A DNA stretch of 64,000 nucleotides, from the sequence record DRR723986_5317. One strand, 5' to 3'. This document shows positions 31,311-40,121 of this stretch, one piece after another (the first letter of the stretch is position 1; the number at the start of each line of letters is the position of its first letter). Made by a program: the position numbers and the translations under genes. Under the pieces are notes generated by a model, which worked only from the letters and a program-made list of their open reading frames with translations, was not told the origin of the DNA and did no database searches.

Positions 31311-32626
31311 TTAATGTTTTCTAATAATGTTAGTTTTATTTGCTTTATACGCTTTCGTTCTAAAGCTTCTACAGTAAAAACGTAATTTTTAAAATTTATT
31401 TTACTGCCAATTCTAGGAAAGCCACCAGAAATTTCAAGCACAAATCCTGCAAGAGTTTCTGCTTCACCCTTTCGTGCTTCAAAATCTTCAACATCCTCTT
31501 CAATGCCTACAATTTTGTAAACATCTTTAAGTGGTGTTTTACCTTCAAAGCTATAATTGTTATCATCTAATTTTGTGAAGATTAAATCCTCATCATCGTA
31601 CTCGTCACTAATGTCACCTACAATTTCTTCAATAATATCCTCCAAGGATACTAAACCAGAGGTACCACCATACTCATCAACAACAACAGCTAAATGAACT
31701 TTCTTAGTTTGAAATTCTACCATTAAGTCGTCTAACTTCTTGTTCTCTGGCACAAAAAACGGTTCCCTTAAAATGCTAGTCCAATCAAATGTTTTCTTAT
31801 TTAAATGTGGTAATAAATCTTTAACATAGAGTACTCCCTTTACAGAATCTATGCTTTCTTCGTAAACAGGTATCCTGGAGTACCCATTATCAATAATGTC
31901 TTTAATTATTGTTTCAAACGGTGTATCTATACTCAAAGCAAACAAATCCATTCTAGGACGCATTACTTGCTTTGTATCTGTGTTACCAAAAGACACAATA
32001 CCTTGTAGTAATTTTTGTTCCTCTTGCGTTGTTTCATCATCATTTGTAAGCTCTAATGCTTGTGATAGTTGGTCTACACTTAGATTAGATCTTTGTTTGC
32101 CAAAAGTGTTTTGTAACTTAATTGTAATATAACGCATTGGTAAACTTATTGGAGAGAAAAAAACATCTAACACTTTTAATGGTCTTGCCATAAATGAAGA
32201 AAACTGCACACTATTTCTGCTAGCATAAATTTTTGGAATTATTTCTCCGAACAATAAAATTAAAAAGGTAGCAGTAACTACTTCTAATAGAAATCTAAAT
32301 ATATAATTAGTGACAGTACTAAAAATCGTTTCTCCTATATAAGCAAAAAGTAGTACAATTGCGATATTTATAAAATTATTAGCTACCAAAATAGTTGCCA
32401 ATAACTTTTTAGGCCTTTCTAATAGCTTTGCTATCATTAACATAGTCTGAGATTTGTTTTCAATGCCATCATCTATATTAGATTTAGTTAAGGAAAACAG
32501 AGCTACTTCGGCACCAGAAATAAGTGCAGAGCAGATTAGTAGTAAAATAAGTAATACAACACTTGTTATAAATGAAGTACTAGAAACTAATAAATTTGAA
32601 AATAAAACCGTGGGTTCTGGGTCCAA
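31307..32626 (-). CDS. gldE: gliding motility-associated protein GldE (DUF21-CBS-CorC)
   Basis: SGAEVALFSL, GEIIPK, GYSRIPVY, VVDEYGG; upstream of gldD. Confidence 0.92.
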   Translation of the reverse strand: MDPEPTVLFSNLLVSSTSFITSVVLLILLLICSALISGAEVALFSLTKSNIDDGIENKSQTMLMIAKLLERPKKLLATILVANNFINIAIVLLFAYIGETIFSTVTNYIFRFLLEVVTATFLILLFGEIIPKIYASRNSVQFSSFMARPLKVLDVFFSPISLPMRYITIKLQNTFGKQRSNLSVDQLSQALELTNDDETTQEEQKLLQGIVSFGNTDTKQVMRPRMDLFALSIDTPFETIIKDIIDNGYSRIPVYEESIDSVKGVLYVKDLLPHLNKKTFDWTSILREPFFVPENKKLDDLMVEFQTKKVHLAVVVDEYGGTSGLVSLEDIIEEIVGDISDEYDDEDLIFTKLDDNNYSFEGKTPLKDVYKIVGIEEDVEDFEARKGEAETLAGFVLEISGGFPRIGSKINFKNYVFTVEALERKRIKQIKLTLLENIK

Positions 32627-32646
32627 GATAAAATTAGTTTAAAAGT

Positions 32647-33093
32647 TTAAAATGGTAAATCATCATCACCATCTGGCACTACACTACTAGGCGCAGATTG
32701 TTGAGTTTGTGGTGAAGTAATAGGAGCATTTTGCTGCTGAGATGTCTGCTGTTCATTTTTGTTAGTTAAAAATGTAAAATCAGTACATTGAATCTCTGTA
32801 GAATAACGTTCCATACCCTTGTCATCTCTCCATTTTCTGGTTTTAATACGACCTTCTATATAGACTTTATCACCTTTGCTTAAGTATTTTTCGCAAATTT
32901 CTGCAGCCTTATTTCTTACAACGATGTTGTGCCACTCTGTATTAGAAACACGCTCGTTCGTTTGCTTATTTGTATAAGTTTCATTTGTTGCCAACGGGAA
33001 GCGACCGACACAATTTTTATCGTCGAAATAATGCATTTTTACCTCATCGCCCAAATGCCCAATTAGCATTACCTTGTTTAACGTTCCTGACAT
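32647..33093 (-). CDS. ssb: single-stranded DNA-binding protein
   Basis: LNKVMLIG, TEWHNIV, C-terminal DDDLPF. Confidence 0.97.
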   Translation of the reverse strand: MSGTLNKVMLIGHLGDEVKMHYFDDKNCVGRFPLATNETYTNKQTNERVSNTEWHNIVVRNKAAEICEKYLSKGDKVYIEGRIKTRKWRDDKGMERYSTEIQCTDFTFLTNKNEQQTSQQQNAPITSPQTQQSAPSSVVPDGDDDLPF

Positions 33094-33167
33094 AATAATT
33101 TAATTTTAGAGTACAAATTTAAGTGTTTTATAATCACTACTTTAAAAGTAATAAAAAAATGTGATTT

Positions 33168-34217
33168 TTATAGTCCGTCAAAATTGAATTCCTCTATAAA
33201 TTCACTGATTAAAACTGGGGCTGGGAATTTTGTAAGGCTGTTTATTGGTAGTGCCTCTAAAGGTAATTCAGCTATTTCTATAATCCAGAATTTTGTATGT
33301 AAATGTTGGTGAGATAGTTTATGGATTTTGTCTTTTTCGTTATAAAGAAAGACATCGATATTTTTTGAATTAAAATTGATGCTGTCCAAATCTAGAAGTT
33401 CAAATTCTTCCGAATTCAAACTCTTTTTAGATTCAATTAAAGGGAATTGATAAAGGTTTTGCCAAATACCACGTTGCGTTCTTTTTTCAAAAAGTGTTTG
33501 TTTTTTAGAGTCTACAAATACTAAATAATTAAAGTACTTTGTGGTGACTTTGGTCTTTTTCAATTTTACAGGTAGTTCACTAATTGTGCTCTTCTGCAAT
33601 GCAGCACAACTACTTTTAAAAGGACATATTGTACAATCTGGATTTTTAGGTTTGCATTGCATGGCACCAAACTCCATTATGGCTTGGTTAAATGTCGCTG
33701 GTCTCTTTTGGTCAATAAGCGAAGAGGCTAATTCTTTAAACTCTTTTACACCTGCAGTGGAGTTAATAGGTGTGTGTATGCCAAAATAACGTGCCAAAAC
33801 TCTATATACGTTACCATCAACAACGGCCGTAGACTCATTAAATGCAATAGATGCAATTGCACTTGCAGTGTAATCTCCAACACCTTTGAGTTTTATGATT
33901 TCTTTATATGTAGTAGGAAATACACCTCGCAAATCGTTAGCAATATATTTTGCTGAGGTGTGTAAATATCGTGCTCTAGAGTAGTAACCCAGCCCTTGCC
34001 ATAGTTTTAAAACTGCTTCTTCAGAGGCATTAGCAAGATCAAAAACTGTAGGATATTTGCTTACAAAAGATTCGTAATAAGGTAATCCTTGTTTAACCTG
34101 AGTTTGCTGTAAAATGATTTCGGACAACCATATGTGATATGGATTTTTAGTTTCCCTCCAAGGCAAATCTCGTTTATGTTTTGAGTACCAGCTAATTAGT
34201 AGATTTTTAAAATTCAT
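33168..34217 (-). CDS. mutY: A/G-specific adenine glycosylase
   Basis: RDLPWR, SEIILQQT, HhH LKGVGDYTA, VDGNVYRV, 4Fe-4S CKPKNPDCTICP; ATG at 34217. Confidence 0.95.
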   Translation of the reverse strand: MNFKNLLISWYSKHKRDLPWRETKNPYHIWLSEIILQQTQVKQGLPYYESFVSKYPTVFDLANASEEAVLKLWQGLGYYSRARYLHTSAKYIANDLRGVFPTTYKEIIKLKGVGDYTASAIASIAFNESTAVVDGNVYRVLARYFGIHTPINSTAGVKEFKELASSLIDQKRPATFNQAIMEFGAMQCKPKNPDCTICPFKSSCAALQKSTISELPVKLKKTKVTTKYFNYLVFVDSKKQTLFEKRTQRGIWQNLYQFPLIESKKSLNSEEFELLDLDSINFNSKNIDVFLYNEKDKIHKLSHQHLHTKFWIIEIAELPLEALPINSLTKFPAPVLISEFIEEFNFDGL

Positions 34218-34351
34218 TGGGTTTTTTAAATGATGGAGCAAAATTAAATCTTTATCACGTTAAATTTTAATTAATTACGCTTGAAATATTGAATATAAAT
34301 TACATATATTTGCATCCCTTAGAAATAATAGCAACCCTAAAACTAATAACA

Positions 34352-34642
34352 ATGACAAAAGCTGATTTAGTAGCTAAAATATCTGATAAGTTAGGTATCG
34401 AGAAAGGAGATGTACAAGCTACAGTTGAAACCTTTATGGAAGAAGTAAAAACATCTTTAGAGAGCGGAGATAACGTTTATTTGAGAGGTTTCGGAAGTTT
34501 TATTATTAAAACAAGAGCTGAAAAAACAGGTCGTAATATTTCAAAAAATACTACAATAAAAATTCCAGCTCACAACATACCGGCTTTTAAGCCTGCTAAA
34601 GTATTTTTAGAAGGTGTAAAATCTAATGTTGAGGTAAACTAA
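34352..34642 (+). CDS. HU/IHF family DNA-binding protein
   Basis: MTKADLV, LRGFGSF, GRNI..IPAHNIPAFKP. Confidence 0.95.
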   Translation: MTKADLVAKISDKLGIEKGDVQATVETFMEEVKTSLESGDNVYLRGFGSFIIKTRAEKTGRNISKNTTIKIPAHNIPAFKPAKVFLEGVKSNVEVN

Positions 34643-34672
34643 AAACAATATTAATTAAAAGCATTATTTATT

Positions 34673-34762
34673 ATGCCAAGTGGTAAAAAAAGAAAAAGGC
34701 ACAAGGTAGCGACGCATAAGCGTAAAAAACGTAGACGCGCTAATCGTCACAAAAAGAAATAA
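34673..34762 (+). CDS. 30S ribosomal protein bS22 (AURKAIP1/COX24-type), 29 aa
   Basis: Manual translation MPSGKKRKRHKVATHKRKKRRRANRHKKK*; below the ORF-track cutoff. Confidence 0.88.
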   Translation: MPSGKKRKRHKVATHKRKKRRRANRHKKK

Positions 34763-34768
34763 ATTGTT

Positions 34769-34794
34769 AAAAGTAGTTTTTCAACTACTTTTTT
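34769..34794 (+). terminator. intrinsic terminator after bS22
   Basis: AAAAGTAGTT-TTTC-AACTACTTTTTT. Confidence 0.65.
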
Positions 34795-34937
34795 CAGTTT
34801 TAAAGAAACGTTCTTTGATATAGAATTTAGATGCATTTAATAGAGTGTATCTGAGTTTGTTGGATATTACAATCCTGTGTCAAATAATTTAGTAAAATCC
34901 ATCTATCTCAATGAAGAGCTAGATATAAATTAACATT

Positions 34938-36482
34938 ATGAACAAAGAATTAATCGTAAGATCGAGTTCAGATATTGTTGATTTTGCCTTATTAAAAGAT
35001 GGAAAACTTATTGAATTACATAAAGATGAAGAGGATAACAACTTTGCAGTAGGCGATATATTTATTGCCAAAATACGTAAAGTGATTCCTGGTTTAAATG
35101 CCGCGTTTGTTAACGTTGGCTATGAGAAAGATGGTTTTTTACAATATCATGATCTGGGACCGCAATTGCCTTCACTTTTAAAATTCATTAAACGTGTAAG
35201 CACAGGGAAATTAAGAGATTATAATCTCAAAGACTTTCCATTAGAAAAAGATTTAGATAAGCACGGCAGTATATCAAATGCCATAAAAGCTAATCAATCT
35301 GTTTTAGTACAAGTAGTAAAAGAGCCTATTTCCACTAAAGGACCACGCATTAGTTCAGAATTGTCTATAGCTGGTAGATACATAGTCTTGGTGCCATTTT
35401 CTAAACGTATATCAATTTCTCAAAAAATTGAATCGCAAGAAGAAAAAGACCGATTAAAAAGACTTGTAAAAAGTATCACACCTAAAGGATTTGGTGTTAT
35501 TATTCGTACTGTAGCTGAGGGCAAAAAAGTTGCCGAGCTAGATAATGATTTACAGAATTTGCTGGGACGATGGACAGCAATGTGTAAAAAGTTGTACAAA
35601 GCACATCACCCAACAAAAGTATTGGGAGAAATGAATAAAGCATCCTCAATTTTGAGAGATATTTTTAATGATTCATTCTCTGGTATTATTGTAGATGATG
35701 AAGAATTGTACATACAAGTAAAAGATTACGTGCAACAAATTGCACCGAAAAAGGAGTCTATTGTAAAGTATTATAAAAACGGATCACCAATTTTTGAGAA
35801 GTATGGCATTGAACGCCAAATTAAAACCTCATTTGGTAAAACCGTTTCTATGGCAAAAGGTGCCTATCTGGTTATAGAACATACCGAAGCATTACATGTT
35901 ATTGATGTAAACAGTGGTAACCGTTCTAACAAAGAAAAAAATCAGGAGGATACAGCCTTAGAAGTTAATCTAATCTCTGCTACAGAAATTGCGCGTCAGT
36001 TACGTTTACGTGATATGGGCGGCATTATCGTTGTTGATTTTATCGATATGGGTAGAGCAGAGAATAGAAAAAAACTTTACAATCATCTTAGAGATGAGAT
36101 GAAAGACGACAAAGCAAAGCATAAGATTTTGCCGCCGAGTAAGTTTGGTTTAGTGCAAATTACCAGACAACGCGTTAGGCCAGAGCGCAAAATTAAAACC
36201 AAAGAAGAAAATCCTAATTTGGTAGGAGGAGACGAAATAGAAGCACCAATTAAAGTGGTAGAACGTATTAGTCAAGACCTGGAGAGGATTTTTAAGAGAG
36301 ACTATAAAAAGGTAACCCTAAATGCACACCCTTTTATAGCAGCCTTTTTAACCAAAGGGTTTCCGTCAGTACGTTCAAAGTGGTTTTTTGAACACAAAAA
36401 ATGGGTAAAAGTTTTACCTAGAGATGCTTACACTTATCTTGAATACCATTTCTTTGACAAGAATGGTAACAAAATCAAATAA
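34938..36482 (+). CDS. Rne/Rng family ribonuclease
   Basis: S1 domain LNAAFVNVG, KEPISTKGPR, VIDVNSG, LRDMGGIIVVDFIDM. Confidence 0.95.
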   Translation: MNKELIVRSSSDIVDFALLKDGKLIELHKDEEDNNFAVGDIFIAKIRKVIPGLNAAFVNVGYEKDGFLQYHDLGPQLPSLLKFIKRVSTGKLRDYNLKDFPLEKDLDKHGSISNAIKANQSVLVQVVKEPISTKGPRISSELSIAGRYIVLVPFSKRISISQKIESQEEKDRLKRLVKSITPKGFGVIIRTVAEGKKVAELDNDLQNLLGRWTAMCKKLYKAHHPTKVLGEMNKASSILRDIFNDSFSGIIVDDEELYIQVKDYVQQIAPKKESIVKYYKNGSPIFEKYGIERQIKTSFGKTVSMAKGAYLVIEHTEALHVIDVNSGNRSNKEKNQEDTALEVNLISATEIARQLRLRDMGGIIVVDFIDMGRAENRKKLYNHLRDEMKDDKAKHKILPPSKFGLVQITRQRVRPERKIKTKEENPNLVGGDEIEAPIKVVERISQDLERIFKRDYKKVTLNAHPFIAAFLTKGFPSVRSKWFFEHKKWVKVLPRDAYTYLEYHFFDKNGNKIK

Positions 36483-36494
36483 TATCTATTAGAA

Positions 36495-36527
36495 AAAAAG
36501 CCCTTCCAAATTTTGGAAGGGCTTTTT
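36495..36527. terminator. bidirectional intrinsic terminator
   Basis: AAAAAGCCCTTCCAAA/TTTGGAAGGGCTTTTT. Confidence 0.9.
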
Positions 36528-36537
36528 GTTTGGTTTT

Positions 36538-36867
36538 TTATTTATCAATTGTTTCTTTTAAATCCTTTTTATTTAATGAATCGTTTCTAATTTCATCATA
36601 GTATGATATAATTTTACAAAAGACTATTATAAAAGCTAGAATAGCGAGTCGTTTAAACAAACTTTTAAATTTCTGATTTTTTATATCTAAATAGGAAAGA
36701 ATAATAAATAACACAAAAGTTAAAATTACTGAAGCCACAGTAATCCAACCAAGATAATTCATGCCATAAACTGCAATTTTATATCTTCCTGGTATAAGAT
36801 ATAAAATAACACTCGTTGAGAGTATAATATAAAATACGTTTACAATTCTTTTATGAATATTGCTCAT
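36538..36867 (-). CDS. small membrane protein with about 3 TM segments (candidate partner or immunity protein)
   Basis: 109 aa, three hydrophobic segments; starts 18 nt after the upstream stop. Confidence 0.7.
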   Translation of the reverse strand: MSNIHKRIVNVFYIILSTSVILYLIPGRYKIAVYGMNYLGWITVASVILTFVLFIILSYLDIKNQKFKSLFKRLAILAFIIVFCKIISYYDEIRNDSLNKKDLKETIDK

Positions 36868-36885
36868 AATTTTAATCTTAAATTA

Positions 36886-38740
36886 TTAATCACAACCTAA
36901 TTCGCTAATAGGTTTTAGGCCAAGTAGAACATCTTTTACATCTTCCCAATTTGGTCTGTATTTACTATCAATTCCTACCGTCGCTTGACCTCCATTGTCG
37001 TTGACAAAATTCTTCAGGTTCTCCTGAAAAGTATACCATAATAAGTCTGCACCTAAAAACTGATCTGCGTTAGTAAATGTTTCAATAAATAACTCTTGAA
37101 AGAAAGAATTTATTCTATCTACACCTCTCACGAAGAAGTTATACGAACCATCTGAATGCATTTCATAACCGAATTGTCTTGTGCCACTAACGGGATGATT
37201 ACCAGCATATGGAGCATTCATGGTCATAAAATACCAATAACTATTTGTGTATTCAGAACAAATTACTACTCCATCATCACCTGGAATATCAATATAAATA
37301 ATTGAACCTGTAGGATTTTCTGAATTCCATAAGTTAGATTCTTGTTCACATATAGAGGGAGAAACATCTTCACAATATGGACTAAAAGAAGAACCACTCC
37401 CGTCAACAAAAAAATTAATATTTCTTCTGAAATAATCTAACAAACTTTCAGCTGTGAATTGTTCACCAGTTTCTGGATGATTTGGTAAAGATGTTATATT
37501 TACAGGAAAATAATCCATATTTATAACTGATCCATTTGCATCTTCCAAAGTTTGAATTTCGAAATTATTAGTAATAGAACTAGGTAAATTTGCTACTTTT
37601 TCTCGCATTTCTTCAGAAGCCTCGTTTTGTGCTAACGTTTGCCAATTTTGAATTTGTTCACAATCAATCTCTAAAAGTAAATATGGATTAGATTGTAGTT
37701 GCTCGTTTAAGTTTTCTAAGATACAATTTTCTAAATCACCACCAGCAGCCTCACAATCACAAACCTCTACGCTATAGGTTTGTCTACATAAATTATAAGG
37801 GCTTACATAACATGGTAGACTTGGGTTTACACTTTGGTAATCAATACAATCTACAGGTAAAACGGATGCTCCAATAGAACTACCATCACTTGGGTCATCA
37901 GGGGTATTGCTAGGTCCTCCCGGTCCATTAGTATTTGTATTTGTTGTATCATTAGGATTGTTATTTTTCATCCCATCCATTGCCATAAGCATCGCAATAG
38001 TAGAAGGGAACAAGGTCATAACCTGGTGGAGAGCCATTTTCTAGAAGTTCACAACCGCAACTCTCCCAAGGCATATGGCTAGGATTGCAACTGCAAGGAT
38101 ATGGTACTTCCTCAATTGTGATTATTACTACACCATCACAATCTGTTGGATAATATGGGCTTCCTTGTGGTGTACTGTAATCATTATATTGAGTATTATT
38201 TATTTCTATTTCACCACCACCATCAGGTGGAAATTCTTGAGTAATAACATCAATACGAGCTGTCTTAACAGTGCCTTCATAGGCTTTACTTTTATCATCT
38301 AACCATTCTTGGGTTGGTGTATATTTGGTCATAAACATACCCTCTTCACCGTTTTCATCTTCAATAGTTAAGTTATAAAATTTTGTACTATCAGATTCTG
38401 GCAGCGCAATTAACATGGTATACGATGTGTAATCATCTAGTGTTACTTCCTTTATGTCATCAATGTAAATGGTTATACCAAGTGTATCTATTGTATTTCT
38501 AGATAGTGTGTTAGCTTCTGTGTTGGATTTTAAAAAACCATCTAATTGATAACGAGATTTTAAAGTATTAAACGTTTCACCAACCTCATCAATTGATACA
38601 GTTTTAATGTTTGGCATCTTTTGTAAATCAGAACTTTCAATACTTTGCTTTTCCTTTACAAAAGCATCATCTTTTTCGCAAGCAAAATAAATGGCAAGCA
38701 ACACTAAGCAAAGTACTGCACTTAAAATTTTGTTTTTCAT
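36886..38740 (-). pseudogene. modular Cys-rich lipoprotein (617 aa if restored) split by an extra A
   Basis: Lipobox IYFAC-EKDD; removing one A from GAT GAA AAA TAA (T5 at 37964-37968 on +) fuses the two track ORFs as ..GWDE-NNNPNDTTNTNTNGPGGP.. Confidence 0.75.
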
Positions 38741-38879
38741 ATGTATATAACGATTTAAAATTAGTTTGGTGTTAAACCGCTATTAATCAATCTTAGGATG
38801 GAATACCCTAAAATTAATTCTATAAAACATTTGACAAAAATTCTTTAATGTTAAAATGTAGGAATAAGTTTAATTCTAT

Positions 38880-38896
38880 TTACGGTTTTTCCGTAA
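38880..38896. promoter_or_regulatory. inverted repeat TTACGG-N5-CCGTAA upstream of the lipoprotein cassette
   Basis: Perfect 6-bp arms, about 140 nt upstream of ATG 38740. Confidence 0.45.
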
Positions 38897-38929
38897 TCTA
38901 GTAAAATTTTAAAAGGTATTAATCGTTTT

Positions 38930-39967
38930 TTATGGCGCAGGATTAGGAATCTCAGCATGTACCGCATTAATAGCCTTCATCACCTCTTCAGACAATGACA
39001 CCTTTATACTATTAATGTTCTCTTCTAATTGTTCAAGATTCGTCGCACCAATAATATTACTCGTTAAAAATGGTCTTTCATTTACAAATGCCAAGGACAT
39101 TTGTGCTAAGGACATACCATTGTCTTCAGCAATTTTTAAATAGCGTTTTGTAGCTTCTGTAGATTGTGCACTACTATAACGTGCAAACCTAGGAAATGCT
39201 TTTAAACGTGCATCCTTCCTAGCAGTGCCTTTTATATATTTACCAGACAAAACACCAAAAGCCATTGGTGAATAAGCCAATAAACCAATATTTTCTCTAT
39301 GTGCTACTTCGGCTAAATCACCTTCAAATGGTCTGCATAACAAAGAGTAAGCATTTTGTATAGTTATCATACGTGGTAAATCATGTGTTTTAGATTCTTC
39401 TAAATAACGCATTGTTCCCCACGCTTTTTCATTAGATAAACCAACTTGTCTTATTTTACCAGACTTAATAATCTCATCAAGATTATGCAGAATTTCATTA
39501 AAATTATCTTCCCAACCATCATTAGGAATATGTGTAAAATCTCGTACGCCAAAGGTATTGGTTTGGCGTTCTGGCCAGTGTAATTGGTATAAGTCTATAT
39601 AATCGGTTTGTAGTCTTTTTAAACTATTGTCTACCGCTTCGTTTAAAGCTTCTTTACTAAAACCTGTTGTTCTAATATGCGCTGTGTAATCGCCAGGTCC
39701 AGCAATTTTTGTTGCCAAAACCACTTTATCTCTATTTCCCGTTTTTGTAAACCAGTTGCCTATAATACGTTCTGTTTCTGCATAAGTTTCGGCAGTTGCA
39801 GGTACAGGATACAATTCTGCAACATCAAAAAAGTTAACACCTTTGTCTAAGGCTAAATCCATTTGTGCAAAACCTTCGTCTTGGGTATTCTGATTTCCCC
39901 AAGTCATAGTTCCTAAGCATATTTTACTAACTTTTATATCTGTGTTGGGTAGTGTTGTGTATTTCAT
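38930..39967 (-). CDS. Tas-like aldo/keto reductase
   Basis: ICLGTMTWG, DVAELY, LQTDYIDLYQLHWP, IQNAYSLL. Confidence 0.93.
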   Translation of the reverse strand: MKYTTLPNTDIKVSKICLGTMTWGNQNTQDEGFAQMDLALDKGVNFFDVAELYPVPATAETYAETERIIGNWFTKTGNRDKVVLATKIAGPGDYTAHIRTTGFSKEALNEAVDNSLKRLQTDYIDLYQLHWPERQTNTFGVRDFTHIPNDGWEDNFNEILHNLDEIIKSGKIRQVGLSNEKAWGTMRYLEESKTHDLPRMITIQNAYSLLCRPFEGDLAEVAHRENIGLLAYSPMAFGVLSGKYIKGTARKDARLKAFPRFARYSSAQSTEATKRYLKIAEDNGMSLAQMSLAFVNERPFLTSNIIGATNLEQLEENINSIKVSLSEEVMKAINAVHAEIPNPAP

Positions 39968-39982
39968 GGCAAATTTTAATTT

Positions 39983-40121
39983 GTCATCCTGAACTTGATT
40001 CAGGATCTCATCAATTTTTTACAAAAATAAGAAGACCTTTCACGTATCTAAAACACGAAAGGTCTAAATCTATGTTAAGATTCTTAGACTCCGAATATAT
40101 TCGGAATGCTCTGAGTGACAA
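39983..40121. repeat. cluster of three REP-like palindromic elements
   Basis: GTCATCCTGAACTTGATTCAGGATCT; AGACCTTTC-N15-GAAAGGTCT; TCCGAATATATTCGGA inside a GTCA-started unit on the minus strand. Confidence 0.6.

Noticed and set aside
16845-33956. Short ORFs at 16845, 17502, 23323, 31896, 32454, 33541 and 33774
   Set aside because: All are antisense to confidently identified genes.
38075-38302. 75-aa plus-strand ORF
   Set aside because: Antisense to the lipoprotein gene.
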